Assembly: GCA_963765205.1 (NCBI GenBank)
Contig: CAVXVB010000008.1
Coordinates: forward strand, 1 to 64,000
DNA: 64,000 bases
Reading direction: 5' to 3'
From: an uncultured Verrucomicrobiae bacterium
GTDB lineage: Bacteria > Verrucomicrobiota > Verrucomicrobiia > Opitutales > JABDGR01
The number at the start of each line of letters is the position of its first letter. Position 1 is the stretch's first letter. The notes beneath the pieces were generated by a model. It had not been told where the DNA came from and did no database searches. It saw nothing but the letters and a program-made list of their open reading frames with translations. Positions 45,556 through 56,016 of the stretch are shown here, piece by piece. The translations under genes and the position numbers were made by a program.

Positions 45556-45647
45556 TTACCACAAAACCTACAAAAAAACTCAAAGCCCACCCCAAACCAT
45601 TCCTGCCCAAAATTTATTTTATGCGTCTTTTGCGTTTTTTGTGGTAA
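45556..45647. repeat. A/T-tract intergenic inverted repeat
   Basis: ttaccacaaaa...ttttgtggtaa terminal IR with degenerate internal caaaa/ttttg units. Confidence 0.65.
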
Positions 45648-45695
45648 TGAATTGTCTGGCGCATTTGTCAGACCCGATCCGGCTATCTTTTTATC

Positions 45696-47285
45696 ATGAC
45701 CGCTTTTTCCGCCACGCTTCCCGCCGATTCCGTGCCACCCGCCGCCCGGGCTGTGGGGTTGGGCGCGACGGCGAAGCTGAATCTCGCGCTGGCGGCGCTG
45801 CTGTGGGTCTGGCTGGCGGGGGAATTGTGGTTCGAGTGGTCCATCAGCGACCAATATGGCTACGGTTTGTTTGTGCCGTTTTTGACGGCGTATTTGCTGT
45901 GGCTGCGGATGGAGGACCGGCCCGCGCCGCAGCCCGGGCGCGGGGTGGGCGCGCTGCTGGCGTTTTTGGCGCTGGTGGCGCTGGCGCACTATCCCATCGC
46001 GGTGATTTTCTCGGCGAATGCGGATTGGCGGCTGCTGGCGTGGGGCGAGGCGTTGCTGGCGCTGACGGCGACTGCTTGGTTGCTCGCGCACTGGGGCGGG
46101 TGGCCGTGGGTGCGGCATTTTGGGCCCGCGCTGCTGTTGTTTTTATTCGCGGTGCCGTGGCCGAGCCTGCTGCAAATCACCGTCGTAAATGATTTAATGA
46201 CCTTTGTGGCCGGGGTGGTGACGGAAATCCTGAATTTGATGGGTTACAGCGCGCAGCAGAACGGCAACATCATCCAGGTGCATGGCACGCCGGTGCTGGT
46301 CGAGGAAGCGTGCAGCGGCGTGCGCTCGATTCAGTCCACCATCATGGCGGGTTGGCTGGTGGGCGAATGGTGGCGGTTTCGCGCGTGGGGCCGGGCGGGC
46401 CTGCTCGCGTGGGCGTCGCTGATCGCCGTGCTGTTTAATTTGCTGCGGACTTTTATCCTGGCCTGGATGGCCGCGACGGGCGGCCCGGCGCTGATGGAGC
46501 ACTGGCATGACTTTACGGGCTACCTGGTTTTTGGCCTGAGCTTCACCACCGTGCTGGCGGGTGCGTGGCTGGCCCGGCCCCGGGAGAAAATCGTCCCGCG
46601 AATTGAAACGGAGCGGGAGCCTGCGCCGCACTGGCTGCCCAACGGCGCCGTCATCGTCCTGCTGGGGTTGTTGGCGGGCGCGTGGCCCGCGAGCGTCGCG
46701 TGGTATGCGGCACGCGGGCCGGACGTGGCGGACAAGGCGGGTTGGAAGCTGAACCTCGCCGCCGCCGCCCCGCAGGCCAAAGTTGAGGCCACTCCCGCGG
46801 CTTTGCGCCAGGTGCTTTTTTACAACACGGGCAGTGAAGCCGCGTGGACGGACGACGGCGGGCGGTATTGGCGGCTGTATAATTTGCAGTGGACGCGCGC
46901 GCGCGCGGCGCAATTGGGCGGCGTGCATTCGCCGCAGAGCTGCCTGCCGGCCGTCGGCTGGGTCGAACAGCACCAAGGCGCCAACCTGGACTGGCGGCGC
47001 GGCAACCTCGAATTGATTTTCAACACCTACGAATTCACCTACCAGGGCACGCCGCAATTTGTGTTCTACTGCCAGTGGGACCCGGCGGGCTACCCCTATT
47101 ATGAAAAGACCGGCCGCGAACGCGGCGACCGCCTCCTCGACGCCTGGGGCGCCGACCGCAAACAAGGCAAGCAACTGCTCGAAGTCGCCATCACCAACGC
47201 GCCCTCGCTGGCCGACGCGACGAAACAGATGCAACAATTCCTCGACCAAGCCATCGTCGAGCTGCCGCCCACCAACGCGAAATAA
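45696..47285 (+). CDS. Exosortase with EpsI-like C-terminal domain
   Basis: Multi-TM; VEEACSGVRS (Cys), NLLR (Arg), WHD (His); HSPQSCLPAVGW. Confidence 0.9.
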   Translation: MTAFSATLPADSVPPAARAVGLGATAKLNLALAALLWVWLAGELWFEWSISDQYGYGLFVPFLTAYLLWLRMEDRPAPQPGRGVGALLAFLALVALAHYPIAVIFSANADWRLLAWGEALLALTATAWLLAHWGGWPWVRHFGPALLLFLFAVPWPSLLQITVVNDLMTFVAGVVTEILNLMGYSAQQNGNIIQVHGTPVLVEEACSGVRSIQSTIMAGWLVGEWWRFRAWGRAGLLAWASLIAVLFNLLRTFILAWMAATGGPALMEHWHDFTGYLVFGLSFTTVLAGAWLARPREKIVPRIETEREPAPHWLPNGAVIVLLGLLAGAWPASVAWYAARGPDVADKAGWKLNLAAAAPQAKVEATPAALRQVLFYNTGSEAAWTDDGGRYWRLYNLQWTRARAAQLGGVHSPQSCLPAVGWVEQHQGANLDWRRGNLELIFNTYEFTYQGTPQFVFYCQWDPAGYPYYEKTGRERGDRLLDAWGADRKQGKQLLEVAITNAPSLADATKQMQQFLDQAIVELPPTNAK

Positions 47286-47437
47286 GCGGGCGCTTCTCGT
47301 CCTCACCGGCATCAGTGTCACCCATCCCGACATCGAATGAGCTGCGATTACGCACGGACAAATACCCTTGCCGGGCACGCGCAAAACACCCATCATGTTC
47401 TCCAAGATTGGGTGCTTGAAAAAATCCTCAACGCGTT

Positions 47438-49771
47438 ATGAGCACACCCACATCTGAGTTACGCAGCACGACCAGATCGAAAAGTCTGCCGTCGCTGCCA
47501 TCTCGCCGACGCTATCGCGTCGTATGGGTTATTATTGTTATTTCAATTCTAGGCGTGGTCTTTGCGGGGGGTTGGTTTATGGGTAAACGCGCAGCTTCTC
47601 TTACGCCGCGCACGCCCGCTTCCAGGAAAAATACAACCCCGGCAATGGTTGCTTCAAAAAAAGGCGCTGCCGTCATCCCGCAAAAATTGGCTTGGGATCT
47701 CAACAGCCCACTCGCGGAGATTTTGAAGAAATACTCCGGTGGCGCGCGCATCGCAGCCATCGCCAAGTTGGTCGAGCAAACTCCGGTGGCGGAATTATCC
47801 CATCTGCTGGATGAAGCTGCGGCGTGCCCCTACGCCAATCTTCGTCAAATTATGGACGATTTGGCCTATGCGAAGTGGGTTGCAACTGATCCGCAAGATG
47901 CGCTGGTGTATGCCCAAGCCAATGCCTTGAAATCGGGCAAGACGGACGAGATTACCAGCGTTTTCGCGGCTTGGGCTGGCTTGGATCCCCATGCCGCCCT
48001 GGATGCCGCCACGAAATTAAGCCGGGCCTCTTTTCGCAAAGCCGAAATAGACCAGGTGCTGTCCACCTGGGTGCAAAGCGACCCAGCCGCCACCTTGGCC
48101 GCGCTTAAACAGACGCCTCCGGGGCTGGCGGGTCCCGATGTGTTGCGGACTGTCTTCGACCAATGGTCGCACCTGGATCCGAACGCTGCGCTCGCTGCCT
48201 TGAGTCAAATTGACAATCCCACCACCCGTAATTCGCTCGCCAACGTGGTGATCAGCAACCTGGCGGACAGCGATCCTCAGGCGGCTCTGGATGCATTGCG
48301 CAAAATGCCGGTAGGCGACCAAAACGCTAAAACGTTTGGTCTTGTATTTCAAAAATGGGGGGAGCAAGATCCGGTGACTGCGTTCGCCGCGCTCCAACAG
48401 CTTCCCGCCAGCCCGGCGAGCCTAGCGGCCAGCGCAAGTCTTTTTCAAAGTTGGGCCGAAATTGATCCCGCAGATTCCCTCAAGACGGCCGAGTCCCTTC
48501 CACTCGGCTACGCAAGAAATATGGCAATGAATAGTAGCCTGGCTGGCCTTGGCTCGCAAGATCCGGCGTCGGCGGGAGAATATATTACTTCGCTGCCACC
48601 CGGCGGCGATCGGGACCGGGCCTTACTTACCGCCGACTTGTTTAACAATTGGTTGAATCAAGACCCGGCCGCGGCACTCACCTGGATGAACAACAACGCA
48701 ACTGGCACAATCCAAAGTGCTGCGATAGATACAGTTTTGGCAAACATGGCAACAACCGACCCCCTTGCCGCTTTAGCTTATGTTTCGCAATTGCCCGACG
48801 GCGCAACCAAAGACGATAACCTGGCAGTTACCACTGGCTACTGGGCCACGGTTGATCCCTCTGCTGCCCTAGCTTGGGTTAAGAGTAATTTGGAAGGCGC
48901 CTCGCAGGAAGGAGCATTAGCGTGCATGGCAAACCTGCTTTCGAACACCAACCCCATCATGGCGTCTAATCTGGTCAGCCAGCTTCCTGACAGCCCGCTC
49001 CGCGATCAAGCCATCACGAACTTAGCCACGAGTCTTGCCAGCCTGGATGTGAATTCAGCAACCCAATGGCTGCAAAATCTTCCCGCGGATACGCCCGTTG
49101 CCACCCAGGTGACCGCCTATCAGAATGTGGTCAATACCTGGATGAAAGCGGATCCTGCGGGAGCCGCTGCTTATGCGGCAACCCTCGTTCAAAATCCTGA
49201 CTTAAACAGCGTGGTCGGCAGCGTGGCCAACTTATGGTCGCAAAGCGATAGTGTGGACGCGCTCAACTGGGCTGAATCGCTGCCGGCGGGCGCCGCCCAT
49301 GATGCGGCTGTTTCCGCCTCGGTCAATAATTGGGCCGCCGTGGATCCCGTGGCGGCGTGGAATTATGGCCAAAACCTCCTACCGAGCGCCAGCACAGACC
49401 AACTACTTGCCTCGGTTGCAACCACTTGGAGCATGAAGTATCCAGATGAGGCCATGGCCGCGTTGGCGGCAAGTCCCAGCGATAGCGCGGCTTATTATAA
49501 CGCGGTGCAAACCACGGCGAAGAATTGGGCCAACCGCAGCGAGCAGGACGCCGAACAATGGGTCGCCAGCCTGCCGGCTGGCGCCACCCGCGATTCAGCC
49601 CTAAGTGGCGTCGCTGCCTCGATTGTTCTGGAAAATCCGCAAACAGCATATCAAATGGCTTTGAGCATCAGTAACGAAAATGAGCGCACAACCACAGTAA
49701 ATAAAGTGATGGCCGAATGGAAAAAGCGAGACCCTGCGGCCGCCGCCGCGGCCCAGCAATCTACCCCGTAG
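47438..49771 (+). CDS. Membrane-anchored alpha-solenoid repeat protein
   Basis: About 20 repeats of W-x3-DP-x-AA-x2-W-x3-LP after an N-terminal TM. Confidence 0.85.
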   Translation: MSTPTSELRSTTRSKSLPSLPSRRRYRVVWVIIVISILGVVFAGGWFMGKRAASLTPRTPASRKNTTPAMVASKKGAAVIPQKLAWDLNSPLAEILKKYSGGARIAAIAKLVEQTPVAELSHLLDEAAACPYANLRQIMDDLAYAKWVATDPQDALVYAQANALKSGKTDEITSVFAAWAGLDPHAALDAATKLSRASFRKAEIDQVLSTWVQSDPAATLAALKQTPPGLAGPDVLRTVFDQWSHLDPNAALAALSQIDNPTTRNSLANVVISNLADSDPQAALDALRKMPVGDQNAKTFGLVFQKWGEQDPVTAFAALQQLPASPASLAASASLFQSWAEIDPADSLKTAESLPLGYARNMAMNSSLAGLGSQDPASAGEYITSLPPGGDRDRALLTADLFNNWLNQDPAAALTWMNNNATGTIQSAAIDTVLANMATTDPLAALAYVSQLPDGATKDDNLAVTTGYWATVDPSAALAWVKSNLEGASQEGALACMANLLSNTNPIMASNLVSQLPDSPLRDQAITNLATSLASLDVNSATQWLQNLPADTPVATQVTAYQNVVNTWMKADPAGAAAYAATLVQNPDLNSVVGSVANLWSQSDSVDALNWAESLPAGAAHDAAVSASVNNWAAVDPVAAWNYGQNLLPSASTDQLLASVATTWSMKYPDEAMAALAASPSDSAAYYNAVQTTAKNWANRSEQDAEQWVASLPAGATRDSALSGVAASIVLENPQTAYQMALSISNENERTTTVNKVMAEWKKRDPAAAAAAQQSTP

Positions 49772-49814
49772 CAGGGCAAGCACCCGGCAGACCCCCAACA
49801 ATTTTTGCCGTGCT

Positions 49815-52260
49815 TCAGGGCTTTTTCTCGTCGAGGCTGCGTTCGTAGTCGAAATATGGCTGGAGGGCCTGCCAGGCTGCGGCTTTTTGGCCGGCGCGCC
49901 CGAGCAAATCGGCTGTCCACCAGGAGACGAAGGGGGGCGGGTTGGGCCGCTGGGCGAGGACGCGCAGGGTGGCCAGCGCGTCGTCGAAATTCTTGGCGTC
50001 AATTTGGCGTTTGAGGAGCACGACGGCGGAGGCGAGGTCCGCCGGGTATTGCTGCATGGCTAGGCGCAGGCTGGCGTCATCCTCGTCGTCGTGCGGGCCA
50101 AAATCCGGCAGGGGCACGGGGGGCAGGTGGGCCTGGGCCAAGTCGAAGGCGTCGCCCGGATGGCCGGAGGCCGCCTGCGCGGCCATTTCGATTTGCCACG
50201 ATTCGTTCACAATGTTCGGGTGGTCATGCAAATAGGCCAGCGCGGCGGCGGGGTCCGTGCCAGCCCAGCGCTCGAGCAAGTCCCGGCGTTGGGCGGGGGT
50301 GTATTGCGCCAGCCCGGGGTCGCGTTGCACCTCGTCGGCCATTTCCGCGGGGACGCGCCCGGGCGCGATATACCGGGCCAGAAACACCCAGCGGTCGGCA
50401 GGGCTGGTCTTCGAGAGAATGCTGGCGTAGTCCTCGCCGTCGGGCCAGGTGCGCAACTCGTTGTGGATATCGGCCCACAACCCTTCCGGCGTGGGGTCTT
50501 CGCGGTGGAGCGCCTCGCGCCAGGCGGCGAAGGCTTGGGCGTGGTTGGTGGGTTCCCAAAGCAGGCCTTCCGTGAAGGCCACCCGGGCCGTGGTCGGATC
50601 GAGCAAGCGCGCAATGCGGAAATTTTCCAGCGCGGCGACGGGATTGTTTTCCAAAACGAGTTCCGCGCGCGCGCGCTGGAAATAGGGCCACCATTGCAAG
50701 GGCTGGACGGCCTGGCTTCGTTCGGGCGGCCGCCAACATCCCCTCCGCATCGTTGGCTTGCAGGGCGGCTTTGGATTGGTCAAGCGCCCGGCCTTCGACC
50801 AAGGTGCTCTCAAGCGGGGCGCCGGCCTGCGCCGCCAGCCAGAGGGCGCCAATGACAAGTAAAATAACCCCTGCCCCTCGCCAAACGAGCTGGGGGACGA
50901 GCGTGTGCGGGTGCGTTTCCTTGTCCGGCGCAGCGATGGCAATTAGCCACGCCACAAGCATCCAAGTGCCGAACCGATGCGCGGGAACGTCCACCAGGCT
51001 GTGCAACACAAACAGCACAACGCAGAGGGCGGCAAGGTTGCGATACGGCCCGCAAGTTTGGCCATCCTGGCCCAAATAGCGGGCGGCGAGCGCGCCGACG
51101 GCCACCAGCACAGTGAGGAGACCGGCCCAGCCAACCTCGCCCAGCAGCCAAAACCAGTCGCTATCCGGATGAAGTATGCTTTGGTAGGTGCGGGAATAAT
51201 TGCGATATTGGGGAAATACCTGGGAGAATTGGCCGAGGCCGGCGCCGGCAGGCTGGGCCTCGACGAGGTGCAGAGTGTCATGCCAGAGCAAGAGCCGGAA
51301 CTCGGGCGAAGCCGAGACATCGGACGCGGCGGAGGTGCCGAGGCCCGGCAGGCGTTCAAGGGTTTCCTTGTCGGCAAAAATGAATAATAGCGTCGCGCCC
51401 ACGATGCCGAGGGGTATCAAAACCTTCACAATGTATTCGCCGGCCTCCCGCCCCAGGCGCACGAACAAAACCGCCAGCGAGCCAGCGGCAAACAACGCGA
51501 GCGCCATGCGCGAGCGCCCCATCACGAGCGCCAGCAAACACGGTGCCAGCAGCAGGCCGGCCAGCAAAAAGCGGGGCCGGCGGCGGCGCAGCCCTTCGAT
51601 CATCAAGCCGAACGCCACAATGCCGCTCAAGCAATACCAGATCGCCGATTGATTGCGGTTCGGAAAATACGTGAAATTCACCGCATCCGTGGCCAGCGGA
51701 TACTTGTGATGCAGAATATTGCCGGCCGCCGCGCCTGCCGAAAGCAAGGCGCCCAACAACGCCAGCCCCCAAAGCGCAAACTTGCGCGACTCATGGCCGA
51801 GCCGGAGATTCAGACACAGGTAGAGCCACGCCAGGCCGGCCACGAGCTGCGCGATGGCCTCCCCCGCCAGCCAGGGCGCCGTGGCGTTGGTTTTGGGCAG
51901 CACAACGCCGAGCCGCGCGAGGTCCCCGCGCCACGCTCTCGGCCCCAGCCATGACGCGGGCAGGAAGGACGAAAGCAGACCGAGCGCCAGCAGCGCCAGC
52001 ATGGCCATCTCGAAAAGTCGTGAGGGTGCGGCCGTCGGCGGCCGGGCCGCCACCCAGGCGCCGATCAGGATTAAAATCCCGCCACGCGCCCAAACCGGCG
52101 TGCCACCACCGGCCAGCACCACGACGCCCAAAATTGCCAGCACCACCCAAATGGCCGGCTGCTCCAACCAGTCGGGCCGGCGCCGGCGAGCCGCGGTTTG
52201 CTTTCCATTCTTGTCCAAGGGCGATGAAGACGAAGCGGGCATATCGGCGGGGTTACTCAA
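49815..52260 (-). CDS. O-antigen-ligase (Wzy_C)-like membrane protein with TPR-like C-terminus (frameshift near 50720)
   Basis: FPNRNQ, SRMA, RLLLW, GAGLGQF, HPDSDW, HSLVDVP. Confidence 0.82.
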
Positions 52261-53069
52261 ACAACCTCTTCGACAACAGCATTGCGTAACACCCCCAAGC
52301 CGTCAATGTCCACTTCCACCACGTCCCCGGCGCGCAGGAAGACCGGCGGCGTGCGGCCCATCCCCACGCCGGAGGGCGTGCCGGTGAGGATGACCGCGCC
52401 GGCGGGCAGCGTCGTCGAGCCGCTGAGGAAGGCAATGAGTTCCGGCACCGAAAAAATCATGTCGCTGGTGCGCGCGTTCTGGCGCAATTCGCCGTTGACG
52501 CGGGTGCGCACGCCAAGGTCGAGCGAGGGCGGAAGTTCGTCCGGCGTGACGAGCCAGGGGCCGAGCGGGCAAAAGGTGTCGAAGGTTTTGCCGCGGCAAA
52601 ATTGTCCCCCACCCCACTGACGCTGCCAGTCGCGCGCACTGACATCGTTCGCACAGCAAAAGCCGGCGACGTAATCAAGCGCGGCTTGCGGTGTGGCGTT
52701 TTTACACGGGCGCGCGAGCACAATGGCCAGTTCGGCCTCGTAATCCACCATCTCGCTGCGCAGGCCGCGCGGCAATTGTATCGCGTCTTCAGGATTCTGC
52801 ACGGACAGCGGCGATTTCATGAACAGCATCGGCCACTGGGGAATCGGCGCGCCGGTTTCCTTGGCGTGTTCGCGGTAGTTCAGGCCGATGGCAAAAATGA
52901 CCGGCGGCGCCACGGGGGCGAGTAGCTTGAGCCCCAGCGCTAGGTCGTCCGTCTTCTTCCATGCGCCCCATCGGCCGCCTCTTTCGAAACACCGGGCGCG
53001 GCCCTCCGGGTCCAGCCAGCCCCAGTGCGGCGGCCCGCCGGCCAACGGCGCATAACGGATGATTTTCAT
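52257..53069 (-). CDS. Fumarylacetoacetate hydrolase family protein
   Basis: IGLNYREH, DYEAEL, NDVSARDWQ, GKTFDTFCPLGP, TGTPSGVG. Confidence 0.95.
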   Translation of the reverse strand: MKIIRYAPLAGGPPHWGWLDPEGRARCFERGGRWGAWKKTDDLALGLKLLAPVAPPVIFAIGLNYREHAKETGAPIPQWPMLFMKSPLSVQNPEDAIQLPRGLRSEMVDYEAELAIVLARPCKNATPQAALDYVAGFCCANDVSARDWQRQWGGGQFCRGKTFDTFCPLGPWLVTPDELPPSLDLGVRTRVNGELRQNARTSDMIFSVPELIAFLSGSTTLPAGAVILTGTPSGVGMGRTPPVFLRAGDVVEVDIDGLGVLRNAVVEEVV

Positions 53070-53178
53070 GAAGGATCATCCCAATGACAAAACCGTCAGG
53101 AGGCAAAGCAAAAACGACTTGATCTCTCTTGGGCAGCGTTCAATCTTCATCGGCATTCTTATCTAAAGCACCCCCATC

Positions 53179-53892
53179 ATGCGCATCGTTGCTTGGAATC
53201 TCGGCCACCAAACCAAAGAGCGTCCGATTCGCGCTGGTTTTGCGGAGGTGATGGCGCAACTCGAACCGGATATTCTGACCTTAAACGAATATGTGCATGG
53301 CTCCTCTCGCACCGGCCTGCTCTCTTCACTAGCCAAGATCGGTCTGTGCCATTCCCTAGTTTCAACACAAAGTGGCTCGCATAACCAAGTGCTGATCGCT
53401 TCCCAAACCAGAATTATTCCCGGCAAGCTGAAGGCTCCGACAGTTAGCTTGGCCGATAACTCAAATTTCCTGCATATGCACTTACCGGATGAAAATCTGG
53501 ACGTGGTGGGTATGCGAGTTCCAGCCTATAAGGAAAATGAAAAAAAAGATGCTTATTGGCGGGAATTTGTGCAAATCGCGACACCTACCATCCATAAACG
53601 AATTGTTTTTATCGGCGACTTGAATGCCGATCCCACACATTTGCGTTATGTTGGCGCGCGGCATTTGAATCAGTTGGCCGAAGCCGGCTGGCAATTGCCG
53701 CCCCCTGAAGGCGACTGGAGCTATATGTCCAAAACCGGCGTCACCTCCCGGATAGACTATGCGCTGGTCAGCCCCCGGCTCGGCGTTACGGCAGCCCGCT
53801 ACGTAAGCGAAATCAGCCGCATAAAATTGGCTGGCTCCGACGAGACTGCCTTCTCTGATCATGCGGCATTGATCGTGGATGTTCAGATTTGA
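53179..53892 (+). CDS. Endonuclease/exonuclease/phosphatase family protein
   Basis: VAWN, LTLNE, IGDLN, RIDY, SDH. Confidence 0.9.
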   Translation: MRIVAWNLGHQTKERPIRAGFAEVMAQLEPDILTLNEYVHGSSRTGLLSSLAKIGLCHSLVSTQSGSHNQVLIASQTRIIPGKLKAPTVSLADNSNFLHMHLPDENLDVVGMRVPAYKENEKKDAYWREFVQIATPTIHKRIVFIGDLNADPTHLRYVGARHLNQLAEAGWQLPPPEGDWSYMSKTGVTSRIDYALVSPRLGVTAARYVSEISRIKLAGSDETAFSDHAALIVDVQI

Positions 53893-53992
53893 CAAGCCAT
53901 CTATCTGAAAAATTCTCCTCTTTCGAAATTCGTTTATTTGCATCGCTTCATTTTTTTGACTGATAATTTCAAGCCCAATTACAAGGTGAAAT

Positions 53993-54340
53993 ATGAAGCT
54001 GCCCAATACCAGCATTGCCAGCATCCCAAGGGCCAAAGTGGTGGATTATTTGCTTTCGCCGGCCCATCATCGCGGAAAGAGTAAAGCGGCATTTTTTATG
54101 CAACATGGGTTTACCGCAGAGGAATGGACGGGGTTTGCTCAAGCCCTTCGACAACATGCGCTTGACCACGAAATCACCACCCAGGAATCGTCGCCTTTTG
54201 GTGCTCGCTTCGTGATTGACGGGACGCTACGTTCACCCAACGGAGAGACCTTGCATGTGCGGGCAGTTTGGTTTATAGATACTAGCATGGAAGTGCCACG
54301 ATTCGTCACCGCCTATCCACTCAAGCGCAAAAAAACATGA
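53993..54340 (+). CDS. DUF6883-like putative toxin
   Basis: KVVDYLLSPAHHRGKSKAAFF, VRAVW, PRFVTAYP. Confidence 0.75.
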   Translation: MKLPNTSIASIPRAKVVDYLLSPAHHRGKSKAAFFMQHGFTAEEWTGFAQALRQHALDHEITTQESSPFGARFVIDGTLRSPNGETLHVRAVWFIDTSMEVPRFVTAYPLKRKKT

Positions 54341-54567
54341 TCCGGGAACTTGATGATGTTGTTCTGACCGCCGACCTGCCCGAAAAAAGGCTGGCCAAGG
54401 GCGATATTGGCACCGTTGTGCTTGTGCATAATCGCGGGGAGGGCTTCGAGGTCGAATTTGCCACGCTGGACGGCGAGACTGTGGCCGTCACGACGTTGCT
54501 GTGCAGCCAGGTTCGTCCGGTCAAGCGTCGCGAGATTGCCCACGCCCGGGAACTGGCCCCCGCGTAA
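54337..54567 (+). CDS. DUF4926-like putative antitoxin
   Basis: ELDDVVL..DLP..GDIGTVV..FEVEF; ATGA overlap with the previous gene. Confidence 0.8.
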   Translation: MIRELDDVVLTADLPEKRLAKGDIGTVVLVHNRGEGFEVEFATLDGETVAVTTLLCSQVRPVKRREIAHARELAPA

Positions 54568-54588
54568 AATCGCCCGCAGTCACCTCGT

Positions 54589-54828
54589 TCAGGCCTGCAC
54601 TTCGTAGTGAAAGTCCTCGATGACGGGGTTGCTGAGCAGATCGCGCGAGAGTTTTTCGAGCGTGGCGCGGAATTCGGGCGAGTCGGGGCCGGGGGCGGAG
54701 AACTCAATGGTTTTGCCGACGCGCACCTGCTCGGCGGGCAGGCCCAGGCTGGCCATGGCGTGGCCGACCGCGTTGCCCTGCGGGTCGAGCAGGTTTTTCT
54801 TCGGGGTGACAAAGATGGTGACTTTCAT
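54589..54828 (-). CDS. purS: Phosphoribosylformylglycinamidine synthase subunit PurS
   Basis: LDPQG, VRVGK, LLSNPVIEDF. Confidence 0.95.
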   Translation of the reverse strand: MKVTIFVTPKKNLLDPQGNAVGHAMASLGLPAEQVRVGKTIEFSAPGPDSPEFRATLEKLSRDLLSNPVIEDFHYEVQA

Positions 54829-54883
54829 GATGGGGTATTTTTACCGGCGGGGAAACGCGCTGGCAAGGAAGAAGCGCGAGGCA

Positions 54884-54949
54884 AGTGTGAAGCGTGAAGT
54901 GTGGAACGTGAAGTTTGAACTCCACACTTCACACTCCACACTTCACACT
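54884..54949. repeat. Heptamer tandem/inverted repeat element
   Basis: agtgtga agcgtga agtgtgg aacgtga agtttga / actccac acttcac actccac acttcac act. Confidence 0.8.
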
Positions 54950-54950
54950 A

Positions 54951-55919
<969 letters not shown>

Positions 55920-56016
55920 GGTGCCGCATCATTTCCGCGCCGCGCGCCGCGCGCAATATTTTCCTCGTTGCATCGCGCCGCGCGTCCGCTAAAAGAAAAT
56001 CTGCTTTGACTCACTC

